Assembly: GCA_904063045.1 (NCBI GenBank) | Contig: CAJFCJ010000006.1 | Location: 1,850,946-1,914,945, forward strand | Reading direction: 5' to 3' | DNA length: 64,000 nucleotides | Origin: Dimorphilus gyrociliatus | Lineage: Eukaryota > Animalia > Annelida | In this document: positions 14,441 to 27,155 of the stretch, piece by piece | Layout: each line of letters begins with the position of its first letter | Position numbering within the stretch: the first letter of the stretch is position 1 | The notes under the pieces: model-generated | Databases searched by the model: none | Told to the model about the DNA's origin: nothing | The model's input: only the letters and a program-made list of their open reading frames with translations | Made by a program: the position numbers and the translations under genes

Positions 14441-14717
14441 AAGATTATAATTGCACATATAGAATACATGATTTCTTTAATTTTAATATAAATTTTATTA
14501 ATACAACTATAATAAATCTATACAAAAATATTTTATTATTGATATTTCAAATTTTTTTCTAAGTATTTAAAAAAATTTCATTTTCTTTTCAACTGTTTTT
14601 TTTACAAAAAAGAACTGTCTGGCAGATATACAACATCTACATATAATGTCATGTAAATATGTCATTAACTTTTAAGTTTAATTAATTGAAAAATAACTTC
14701 TGTTAACTAAAATAAAT

Positions 14718-15986
14718 TTAACGTCTGCCCAAAAGACGAGTTCTTTCGTTAACGTTATATTCACAATGTCCTCCTCTAACGTCTCTTTTCTTCCAATTTT
14801 TCACCTCTCCTAATCTCTTTCTAACTCTTGGTGTACAGAGACAGTATAGAATAAAATTAACTAAGCCTTGAGAACATATTCCTATAGCCTTTTAAGAAAA
14901 TTATTCAAAGAACAGGGTTAACACATATTATTGATCGTTTATGTCTAAATACCTGAAAGTAAGATAAAAACCAATTTTGCGAAGCATTGAACTTGAATAT
15001 GTAAAGTAAACATTTAACTGTCGAGCATATTCTTATCAGAAAGAAGGCTACTGGAACAAATATAAGCTTCTTTTGTGATTTACACAATTGTTGGAGCGAG
15101 TTATAATCATGGATGGAAAGTCTTGTCAAATCCTTTAGCTAGAATTTATACAACAGTTAATCAATTTTCATTGGTATAAAGTAATTACAAACAGATTCGT
15201 CCAATTTCCAATATGCTAACAAATAAAATAGCGGAACGAATATATAAGCGAAGCATTCCAAACCTGTTGATGTGACTATTCTCCATATATTGGCGTGTAT
15301 AGTATATTTGTTTATCCAGCACCATCCAAATTTAATTAATGACCCATCATAACCGAGTACATCTCTTACTGCTCCAATAGAAACTATGAAGAAAACAGGT
15401 AAAAACATTTATTAAAATATTAGTATTCTTTTTGATTTATCTCTCTCTCTCTCTCTCTCTCTGACTCTCTTATTCTCAGTCAATCTCCTATTTTATCCCA
15501 TTCCCTTTCCCCTATTACTTTTTCTTATAAATTATTATTATTATTTAATTGATTAGTAAACTTTTGTTAGGCCTAAGCAAAATATATTTATATACCAACG
15601 ACAATTGACACAACCCAACAAATGTAAGCAGCATATTTTCTAATTAACTCGTTATGCTTTTCTCTGGAGCAAACAGCTGTAAAAACGTAGACAGATATGA
15701 TAATGTAGATAGTTAGCTGACTGATATTAGCTATAGTAGAAAGGTAACTTTGCACTTTGCAGTTCATTGAATTTCCTTGAAAGAATTCCGTAATACCGTA
15801 TAAGAGAGATCCAGCACTTAAAATATCAGCGGCAGCCAAATGAAGTAATAACTTTCTACTTTTTGTTCTTATATCTAACCATAGAGCATACGTAATTATC
15901 GTAATTATCCCTCCAAATATACTCAAAATGCAAACTAGCTGAAGTAAACTCTGCTGGAAAATATGCTTTTCAGGTGACCAGTGCAT
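14718..15986 (-). CDS. GPR157: GPR157-like G protein-coupled receptor
   Basis: Four exons. Motifs YALWLDIRTKSRKLLLHLAAADILSA, CKVQSYLSTIAN, GYDGSLIKFGWCWI, KKLIFVPVAFFLIRICSTVK and GICSQGLVNFILYCLCTPRVRKRL parallel human GPR157 as I recall it (HALWPDLRSRARRLLLFLSLADLLSA; GYDASDVSVGWCWI; KKLVLIPLIFIGLRVWSTVR; QGGANCIMFVLCTRAVRTRL). Confidence 0.9.
15440..15462. repeat. (CT)n microsatellite in a GPR157 intron
   Basis: Perfect CT dinucleotide run visible in the sequence. Confidence 0.9.
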
Positions 15987-17070
15987 ATTTGAATATTTGT
16001 TTATTCTCTTCAGTTAAATTACGCATATAATAGTCGTTATTTAGATACACATTCAACCAGCTTATAGCTAGCTATATACGTATTGGGAAAATGTAGTATA
16101 GACACACATATACACACAATATAAATATATAGATATGAACAGATGAATTTATTCATAAATCATGTATTCATACACATATATTCATATTTTTCTGTGTATA
16201 ATATGGCGATGTTATAAGAGTGTTAACACTTTTTTAACATGAGTAGTAATTAAAGACACTACTCAATTGGAATTAAAGTGAATATTTATTCAGATACTCC
16301 TTCCTTAGCTTATTGAAAACAGAAGTTGTAAATAAGCTACTCAATTTATTACTCCTTCTCTACCTTCCCCACTCTGAAACAACCTCTAAACAACACACCT
16401 TTTCCTCTCCTTATCCTTCCACCCCTTGTCAAACAATATTTCAACCACTACACATACTCCTCCCACTTTCTTAATTCCACCGTGACTTGTTCCATACGTG
16501 AAGCATTATCTCCAAGTAATAAAATCTTATCTCAAACAGAACTGAGAAAACACATTAAAATAATTTACAATCAGAGAAAACGTGATTTTTTCAGTATCAA
16601 TGGATGAAAGGTGAAAAAAATTCTTTGATTTCTTTTTTTAGAATCCTTTTTTTTATTATTATTATTATTATAATAAAATAGAAGAAGAAAGAAATAAGAA
16701 CAAGTCTATATCATTAACTTATTTTTATCCCTATAAACTTAAAAATAAACTATTTAAACTAGTTTAAAGGTCTATAGACAATTTAACTCATTTTATCTTC
16801 TTTTAAGTAATGCTACATTTAGAAATTATTAAATATACACTACAAACTAGGTCTATTATTAATTGTATATCTATTAATATATAGGTCATAATTAATCCTT
16901 CTCGCTTTGCAATGATTTTTAACGTTAAATAAATAGTAAATAATAAAAGGGAGCAAAGAAAAGAAAATGAAGAAAATATTATTTTGTATTTTTTTCGAAT
17001 TAAGTAAATAAAAGTTTAATTTTAAAAACAAATAGCAAAAAACTAGGTGAAAAGAAAAGTAAGTTGGTTA

Positions 17071-17106
17071 GGGGGCGGGTTAAAGGGTAGGGAAGGGGAG
17101 GGGGCA

Positions 17107-17150
<44 letters not shown>
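17071..17150 (+). repeat. G-run-rich tract with G-quadruplex potential, followed by an (AG)n microsatellite
   Basis: GGGGGcGGGttaaaGGGtaGGGaaGGGGaGGGGGcaGGG has seven runs of 3 or more G. The (AG)n run follows at 17112-17150. Confidence 0.8.
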
Positions 17151-17491
17151 AAAGATGAGAGATTGTATACGTGTACTCATGTGTACGTGTGTGTAGGAGT
17201 ACTGAAAAATTTGTATGGAAGAAGAGAAGGTATTTTTATCCGTAATTTTCTTCGTATAAACTTTAATAAGTTAAAAAAGGGGAAGCCATTAGAATTAAGC
17301 TTGACAAAAAAAATTACTAGGTCTAGTTAAATTGTGAAAAGCACATAAGAGAAATGAAAAACAAACAAAAAAAAACTGTTTATCCAATAAATAGATATAG
17401 GCCTACTGGAAAAAACCAAATATCTTGACTTTCAGTTGGACTTTTACTTTGTGGAAAAGCGCTGTTGGAAGAGAAAAACAACATATTATCA

Positions 17492-18163
17492 ATGATGGTT
17501 AGTAATAATTAACAAGATAATCTTTACAATTGATTAAAACTGTTCATAATTAAAAAAAAAAGACTTTCTATGTGAATTGATGATTTTCTTTCTCAAATGA
17601 TTATTCTATAAATTCTTATATAGTCGAAGGACACTCCTGATTTAACTGCTGAACAAATAGCTGAATTTAAGGAAGCTTTTTCCCTTTTCGATAAAGATGG
17701 GGACGGTACTATTACAACGAAAGAACTTGGAACTGTAATGAGATCACTAGGTCAAAATCCAACGGAAAGCGAGCTGAAAGATATGATAAATGAAGTGGAT
17801 ACAGATGGGAATGGTACACTAGATTTTCCAGAATTCTTAGAAATGATGGCTAGAAAAATGGGTGATAGAGATTCTGAGGAAGAGATCAGAGAAGCCTTTA
17901 AAGTATTTGATAAAGATAATAATGGGGTTATATCTGCAGCAGAATTGCGTCACGTAATGACCAATCTAGGTGAAACTTTAACCGACGAAGAGGTTGATGA
18001 AATGATAAGGGAAGCAGACGTTAACGGTGATGGTCAAATCAACTATGAAGGTTATTTTAAATTTCTCTCCCTGTATTGCCATCTATTGGCTATAGAATAA
18101 ATAATAAACTATTATTCATTTTTCATATTTACAGAATTCGTTATGATGATGATGAATAAGTAG
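17492..18163 (+). CDS. Calmodulin-like protein with four EF-hands (divergent paralog)
   Basis: An ATG-only first exon (ATGATG|gttagt) is typical of calmodulin genes. Exon 17624-18050 reads [47 protein letters not shown]...[11 protein letters not shown]. The last exon, 18135-18163, reads EFVMMMMNK*. By hand I count about 18 differences from canonical CaM over 145 aligned residues. Confidence 0.93.
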
Positions 18164-20442
18164 ACGAAAAGAAGAAGGAACAAAAAATCATTCATTCCAA
18201 AGAGAATCTTTATTTCCTGCTTAAAAGTTAACGATTTTACAATTTTTACATTTTTTCTATTTTATTAATAAAAAATGTAATAAGAAAACAATGAAGAATA
18301 AGATTATTATGTGTTAACGAAGCGACCTCTTCTTCTTCTTATAAATACAGTATATACTCTCTAAATCTTACTATCTTTCTTCTCCCATTCCCCTTTCTTC
18401 ATTTTCTTTAGATGTTTTGAATATAGAATTATTGCAATAGTCATGCTAGTCTCTTATTTAAAATAACTGCAAGATATTTAACCTAGAAGTGTGAGATTTG
18501 TTAAGGTCTTTTTGGTCTCAAACTATATCTTTCATGGAAATACAAATAAGTGATTACAATTTCCATCCGTTAGTCATAATTGCTCTTATCTTGATTAACA
18601 ACCGAAATGTTTGACACAGTACGGAAAATACTTGTTCGGTTAACAAAGTTTATTATCAAAAGATCAACTTGCAAACACGGGAGATTAGTAAAAATCTCCT
18701 AAAAAAATAAAGGCATTAAAAGAAAAATTATCAAGATTAGGAATAAAGGAGTGAGACGATAATATTAGTTATTAATTCTTGGGTGATAGATATCAACAGG
18801 AGGACAGTTTATAGCAACACTTTAATGCAAGGTGTAGAGGTAACCGTAGTTTCTAATGGTACCAAAAAGAATTTTCAAACGTCCTGTGCTACTAATTGCA
18901 GAGAAAATGTCAATAATATGCAGATTCAAGTAGTACAAGGACCTAGATATCCTTCTGTGGAATGAGTATTGATTCTCTACTTTGCGTAGGTTTTCGTCAA
19001 GTGCAGATACTATTTACCCATACAGAGATTCTTTTTTATATTTATAATCACAAAAGATATAACACTGTGCCTTATAAGAGAAAAAATAACTTTATATATT
19101 AAAACTAGCTGCATGGACTTTATATTTAATTCTTGAAAGCATCCTTTAAACAAAGTATAAGAGCTTTTAACACCCATTACAGATTATTTATCAATTCGAA
19201 CTAAGCTTGATCAAGGACTTTTATGTTCTTTTCACAATAAATGATCATTTAAAAATAAGTATGAACTTGTTTCAAAAGCAATTTTGGGTGGAGCATAAAA
19301 AAATTGCTGTTAATCACATCTCGTGATTTTTAGCATGGATTTTGTTTAAGATTATTTTAATAACTTTATTGTAACAAATTCTAGTTAATTAATTATAATT
19401 AATAATTAATAATTAAATATATATGCAATATTTTCACATACAGACTTTGTTAACTTTATAAAAATTTTAGTTTTACTAGAAAATAAGGAAGGAATATAAA
19501 TGAAATTAAATATTACACAATATAATGAAGTCAGAAAACAATAAAAAATGCTGATGTAACATGCAGTTATATTCTATGATATAAAATGATAAGCATCTTT
19601 TATTAAACAATTAATCAACTTTAACCCAAAAGAATGACTTTCCATATTATATTTTCAAACTGCGATTTAATTTAGAAAAAGGCTATTAAATAATACAATA
19701 ATACTTTGTGTCGATTATATTCTCCTTATAGATTTTAATTATATATATATATATATATAATGCTAGAGTACTTCTTTCGAATTATAAGGGATTCAAGAAC
19801 TTTTGAAATTTATTCGCCTTTTGTTTATTTGTAAGGTGAAAAATTAGGTACAATGATAAATATGATTCCTTTATTATGATAAAAGTCATATTTACCTATG
19901 TCTACTTTATTATTTTTTTTATGCGAGTCATGGCAATACTTAATAAAAACTTGTATTTTAAACTAAAAGTAAACTAATACGAAGAGAAATAATTACTAAT
20001 TAATTGAAATAAAGAGAATATTAAAGAATTTCCTTAACTATTTGTTAATAACTCTAAATTATTACTAATTTTCGAGTATCTATCACACTGTTCCAAAATG
20101 TATAATAACATTATTAATATGAACTTAAAAAAGTTTGGCCTAAGTCATTAGAAAAGTCGTTGAACTACTGAAAAGTATGAATATTAATATATATTCTTTC
20201 AGTTTCAAAATCTGATTTCAGTCTAGCGGATTCTTCGTGAATATATATTACTTTATCTAATATATTAGGTCAAAAGTCAGAAAAAAGGTTCACGCAGCAT
20301 TTATATCATATTATAAAGATATCAATTTCTATAAAAACCGTTGCCGGCCAACGCTTTAGCTCATTCTCTTTTCTATATTCATGATAAGAACTTCTCTATT
20401 TCAATTTAGAAGTAGATAGTCAAGTCTTTTTTTTGAGAAAAG

Positions 20443-23400
20443 ATGATTTTAATTGCAAAGATTATAGCTATTTTTGCATTTCTCATAGGTTTGCTCGTCT
20501 AATGTGCATTACTTTTCACTTTAATTAAAGTTTATTTTCATAAATCTTAGCTTCAATCGAATGTGACGTTTATTTGTATGAAAGACCTATTAACACTGCT
20601 GTGTATACTGGTGAAAGAACACAATTAAATTGCACTATACGCAACGACACGAACTTCGATTACACGGCATGGGATTCTGTAGGATCGCATACTGGACTGA
20701 AAACAATAGCACATCAAGACTTTATTTCTCCTGAACATTTGGATCATTATGAAATTGTGGACACTTATAATCTTGTTATTAAAAGTGTCAATTCAAACAC
20801 GACAGGAAGTTATCACTGTACAGCATACGCGCATTTTGGACAATTTAATGAATATTTAGATGTTTACCTTATGTCAATGGGTAAGTTTTTCTAATTAGTT
20901 ACGATGATAAGTTTATACTTTGAAAAACAATTTAGATGAAACTAGCACCTGCGCCGATTCACAACACGAAAGTCTTGTCTTACCTGAAGGCTATAAAATG
21001 GCTTTCTGCTTTACAAATTTCGCTGGAACTTACCCTCCAATTGCTGAATTTGATGTATCCGGCGACATTATGCTACATTCAACTGTTCACAACAATGAGA
21101 TGGTTGGTGGTTGTGCAGTTGTTGCGAATGATACTGATTTCAACTGTTCGCTTATTTATCGATCACCACCAAAAGACGCCGTGTTTTATGAATTTGCTGA
21201 TAAAACTTCACCAAATCTAACGACAACTTGTCAAAGACCATCCGATAATCAACCCACAGGTGAGTCACATTAAATAACCTTAGTTTGGCAAAATGTTTTA
21301 TGTTATTTTATGCCTTTTTTTTCACTTCTAAACATTTTAGTTCCCGATTGGCTATTGAATTCTTGCAAAAACCTCTTCGAACCACCTAAACCAACAATCG
21401 TTTATAGACCAACAAATGTTGCCGTCTTAAGGGGAGAGCGAGCCACAATGAATTGCACTGGACGACATCTTGGAACCTTTCACACAATTCGATGGGATTA
21501 TAAAGCTAGTAATTCGGATTCAGCTGTTATGATTACTATTAACGATTATCAAGAGCCAAGTACAACAGCATTATTCACCATATTTGATACCTATAACCTT
21601 GACGTATCCTTTGTAAACCGTACAACATCAGGTCAATTTCAATGCGATGCCTATGATCAAGCAGTTTTAGGCACTTATAACGCCTTTTTGTTAGAAATGG
21701 GTAATTATTTACCATATCAAGACAACTTATTATTATTCAAAAATTTATGATTTAATTATACCTTGTTGAATATAAAATAAGTTGATAAATAGATAAAAAT
21801 ATAATCATATTTTATCAAAACAGAAAGCACACCCAGATGCTTTAAAAAGAATTATACAGAATTAGAATCATTGGATAGATTTTTAAGAGTTGGATTTTGT
21901 TTAAATGGGTATTCTGGAACCTACCCTCCAACAGCTACTATCACTGGTGACGATAAAGTAAAAGAAACGTTTACTTTTGGACAGGATTTCTTAGCTGGTG
22001 CTTGCGCACCTGTCTTTGTTGGTGAGAAACTCAATTGCAGTATGAAATTTGGAGCCCCACCAAGTCATTTGTGGATTTTTGATAATGTTGATAAGAGTGA
22101 ACCAGAATTAACAACTCATTGCGATGAGGAAATTACTGATGATTCGGAGATGAACGTTCCTCAATGGCTAGTTGATAAATGCGCAGAGGCATTCTTTCCT
22201 CAACCACAAGAAGTGGTTCAAAGACCTAATAATACAGCAGTTGCAACAGGAACCCAAAACGTGGTCATGAAATGCGAAACCAAAAACTTTAGAAATATGG
22301 ATTCACACGCTTGGGGTTTCGCAAAAACAGCTGTTGACTTGTTTAAGGTTGTATCGGCTTATCATGTGATTTTCCCTGAATATTATGATGTCTATGGAAT
22401 TAACGGTACTTGGGATCTTATTACTTTAACTGCTGATGAGAAGACTTCGGGAATCTATCAGTGTTATGTACACTCGCAGGAGGCATCACTGGATGAAGAG
22501 TATTACGCATTCCTTTTAACATTAGGTAAAGATTACGCGTTAAATTTATTATAAGATAGCATTAATCATGTTTAAATTTCAATTTATAGATCCAGAACCC
22601 TTCTGTACTGAAAAAATATACCCAGAGTTAGATAATGATAAGAAGATTGCTTTTTGCATGACAAATTTTACAGGAGTCTATGGACCGGTTGCTAAAATAT
22701 CTGCACCCAATGGAGAAGATTTATATTCGACAATAGTTAATGGAAGTCTAGCAGGATCGTGTGCTCTTATTGGGAAGGGTGATCACTTTACCTGTGAAGT
22801 TTCCTATAATGCTCCACCAAAGATATTAACAGACGCCGGAAATTATGATACTACAGCACCAGACTTTACAACAACTTGTTCTAGTGCCAATGGTATTGGA
22901 GATTCATCTGTAATTCCTTCGTGGTTAGAACAACAATGTGTTGAAAATTATGGTGAACCTGGCATTTCAAAAAGTCCCAAAAATACCGCTGTTTTTAGTG
23001 GAGAACCAACTACTCTGGACTGCCAGACAAAAGGATTTGGTGCGGGAGGGACGTCTACGTGGGTATATGCACCAAGAGGAAACTTAGATGACATAGCAGT
23101 AATATCTGTATTGAACTATGTAACAGATTCTTTGGAACATTTATTCGGCATCGAAGGAAAATGGAATTTGAAAGTTTCAGCTGTAAATTTCGAAACCGTT
23201 GGTTTATATGAATGTTATGCAGCAGACATTGGTTTCGAAGAATTTATGGCTGTTTATCTTATGGAAATGGGTTAGTATTACATATTTGAACCTAATCATA
23301 TAGTATAAGGATTTAAACTCTGTAGAGAGGGAGCCATCCTGTGTAGCGACTACTGATGCTGAATTTCCCAATATGAAATTGGCTTTCTGTATGACAAACT

Positions 23401-26399
23401 ACTCAGGAGCCTATCCACCGAATTTTGAAATTAGTTCGAACAATGAAAATATGTCTGGTCCCTCGTTTTCAAGGGATAAAAAAAAGGCAGGAAGTTGCGC
23501 AATGATAGAGCAATCCCAAAATTTTAATTGCAAAGTTAAATTTGGTGCTCCCCCTCCAGAACTTCTCTATGCAACGAATCACGATCTGTCAGCTCCTGAT
23601 TTGACCACTAATTGTAACGAAGGATCGTCATCTGATCAAAGTAATATTTATTCCTTATTAGGAAAATAAGATCGTCATCTGATCAAGTTTACGATTCTAA
23701 TTTATTAATTATTAATTTGACAGTTCCTCAATGGTTGTTAGATGATTGCAAAAGGAGCCTACAAGCCACTACAACACAAAAACCTGGTATACCAGTAGTT
23801 CTAGAAACACCTAAGAACACTGCAGTCAAACGAGGCGAAGACGCAAAATTAAACTGTACAGTAAGAAATTTCCCACAATTTGGTTACGTTATGTGGTCAG
23901 GATTATCTACAAACCTAAATGGACCAAAAATAATTTCGATTGGAGATCTCTTACAAGGGGATAAAGAGATATATGAACTTGAAGATACATGGAATTTGAT
24001 AATAAAAGGAACAAATGTAAATAGTACAGGGCTTTATGAATGTTATATTCTTGATACAATCAATCCTGATGAGTTTCATTATGTACATCTTGTCGAAATG
24101 GGTACGTCTAATTTTACAGACATAGTTTGTATTAGTCTCCTCGTTAATGAAATAATGTTACACTTTCAGAGGAAGAACCGCAATGTTTTGTAAAGAGTCA
24201 CTCTGCTTTGCCAAATGGCCAAAAATTTGCCATGTGTGTATCGGAATATTCTGGCCATTATGCTCCTACAGTAAACATTTCTGTTGATAATTCACTTATC
24301 TCAGGAAATACTAAGTCTTATAATGGACAAGCAGGAAGTTGTGCTGTTGTTAATACAGGAGAGTCTTTCCTTTGCGAAGCCAAGTTTGGAACTCCTCCTA
24401 TAATTATTGATGATTTGGAAATTGATACTTCTGCTCCAGAGCTAACTACTGAAAAAAGTTGCAATGCAGCTTCTGATTCGACTTCAGGTGGGTACAATTT
24501 AAGTTAATTGCTTGTCTATGTAGCAATTGTTTTTTTTTTTAGTACCATCTTGGTTATTCGACGAGTGTATCAACCAAAATATAGTGACTACACTCCCTCC
24601 TCCAGAAATGGTTGAAAGACCTACAAACCTTGCTGTTATAGAAGGAGAAAACGCCACATTAAGATGTCAAGTTCGATATTTTAGCGAATTTGGTGCTTTA
24701 CAATGGACTTATCAACGTAGCTTAGATGGCGATGTCTTCCTGTTATCAAATAATGCAGATTTCCTGCCAGGATATGAGGATTTGTTTTCTATATCTGGAA
24801 CTTATAATCTTGTTATCAAAAAGACAAATAACCAGACGGCCGGTCTGTACCTTTGCACAGCTTTTGATAGAGATATTGATGGATATTTCATGGCATTCCT
24901 TAGCTCTATAGGTTGAGACTTCAATAAAAATTATACTTTCTGATAAATATCTGTTTAATAGAGAAAGACCCAACATGTACAGTCGCCATACCGCCAGGAG
25001 TGCCACTTTCAAAGAGATTGGCAATTTGTTTCACCAGATATAATGGTGGATATGCTCCAGATGTTAATATTACGGGTGTTGGAAACAGCATCATGACAAA
25101 AACATTATCAAAAGATTTTGTCGCTGGAAGCTGTGCCTTAATAGATGATACCGCATCCTTCAGCTGCCAAGCAGGATTTGGGACTCCTCCGACCGAAGTT
25201 CTAGTTGACCCACAAATTGATACTTCAGCACCATCTTTAAGAACCAGCTGCTCTCTTTCTAGTAATCCTGCCAATGGTAAAAACTTCCTAATTATCTAAT
25301 TGTAAAATGAAATAATAATCATAATAATCATTTTACCCTCAGCACCTCAGTGGCTGATAGACGATTGTAAGGAAGAATTGACTCCAAAAGCTGAAGTAGT
25401 TGAGAGGCCATTAAATAAGGCTGTAATTAAAGGACAACCTTCAGATATGAAATGCACAGTTAAAAACTTTGGGATTGGTGACTACGTTTCTTGGAATCAC
25501 AGACTCCTTAATCTGAATACTAGAGTTGTATCAATTGACAGAAATGTTATGGATGAAGTTAAAGATTCTTACACTCTGAACATGAACAATTTATACGATT
25601 TAAATATAAAAAATGCTGATGAAACTACTGCAGGCTATTATGAGTGTTTTGCGTCTGCTGCTTCTGGTATAAGTGCAACGTTTACTGCTTTTTTCAATAC
25701 TTTAGGTAACAAAAAAATACTTCAAATTTAGCCCAAAATAATTAAGTTCTAAAATCTTTCTAGACGCATCTCCTATTTGCGCTCATGTTACTGCTACTGC
25801 ATTGCCTGCAAATAAGAGAATTGCCTTTTGCTACTCCGAATATTCGGCATTGTGGTCACCTGGTGTTAGTATGTCCATTGGCGGAGTTGGCCAGACAACG
25901 GAAGTATTCACTCAAAGTACTACAGTTGGAGGATGTATCATAATTTCTGAAGGTGATAGTTTTTCATGCGGTGTTAAATATGGAAAGCCTCCATCTGAGC
26001 TTCTACTTGAATCTTATTACGATGATTCTGCTCCTCAGTTAACCACTTCTTGCTTAGGAGGATCACCTAACCAAGGTAATCTGTTTATAGACAAAAGTGG
26101 AGATAAAAGGTTAATAGTTTATATTCTAAATTTTAGTACCTACATGGCTAAGAGATAAGTGTGTTGATAAACTTATTGATTCTTTGACGACAACTACTTC
26201 AAAACCTCCAACGGAGCCTACAACTACACCAACAAATCCTCCTACAAATCCAACAAACCCTCCAACTACACCAACGAATCCTCCAACAACTCCAACGCAA
26301 CCTTCTACAGATCAAACAACAGCGGGTAGCGCAAAAATAAATCATTCAAGCATCGTTTGGCTAGCTGGACTACTTGTTATAATCAATCTTATAAAATGA
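20443..26399 (+). CDS. Ig-superfamily surface protein A: signal peptide, 7 x (V-type Ig + six-Cys C2-like domain), Pro/Thr stalk, GPI signal
   Basis: 14 exons, all introns phase-1 GT-AG. Signal peptide MILIAKIIAIFAFLIA. Each V domain has P-x-N-x-A-V..G...L-x-C...W...Y/W-N/D-L-x-I..V....T-G-x-Y-x-C. Each partner domain has P-x-C...FC.T.Y.G.Y.P...G-x-C...F-x-C...FG.PP...D.S.P.L...C...P-x-WL-x3-C. It ends with PTNPPT repeats and AGSAKINHSSIVWLAGLLVIINLIK*, with no cytoplasmic tail. Confidence 0.88.
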
Positions 26400-27155
26400 A
26401 ATACCAGCCTTTAATACATCGTTACTCATATCTTTTTTTTATATGCAAATTAACCCAAATTTCTATATTAAAATTCCTTAAAAAAACATAACTATACATA
26501 TGCATAGAAAGTTAGAATATAAAAATTGTTCATAATTAAGAAATAGACCTTTTTCGTTCGTTATACTATATAACTAAAAGTACCGAGTAATTAAAAATGA
26601 AGTACATATTTTTGATACTTTTTTATGATAAGCAATAAAAACCAAAATTCATTACTAAATACTTGACTACTTGATTCTTTTTATCATGAATATAAATAAT
26701 TACGAATTATTTAAATAAGCTATGATTATTCATAAGATTTATGAATAATAATTAATAAAAGAATTACCTTTAAATACAGTATATCTAATACAATAGTCTC
26801 AACTATACTATAAAAATATATGAAGTGTTTTATAAACCAATCCTTATTCACTGTGATTTGCGATTTTCGTAAAAATATCCTCTTCTCTCCTCCCCTCTCT
26901 TCTACTCCCTCCCACCTCGAATCCAAGTTGATTACAGTTATAAAAACTTTAAACTTTTGAAGATATGTCATTTTCAAAATGATTTATTAATAAAAATTTA
27001 TCATCAGATTATCTTATCACTTCCATCCTATATTCCAGTATAATAATTAGGTTATAAAAAAAATTTAGTTATAAAACACATCAGTCTACGAAAGAACGAA
27101 GCAGACCAAATGATATGCTATTTGGTCAACTGGTGCAAAAAATAGTTAGTTTAAA

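Noticed and set aside
18783-18965. 60-aa ORF MIDINRRTVY...GPRYPSVE downstream of calmodulin
   Set aside because: It has a GTG start and no recognisable domain, and I could not link it by consistent splice phases to nearby sequence. It is left unannotated.
26184-26330. PTNPPT-coding repeats considered as a CRISPR-like or satellite array
   Set aside because: They are degenerate in-frame repeats encoding the mucin-like stalk of Ig gene A, with no repeat-spacer structure.
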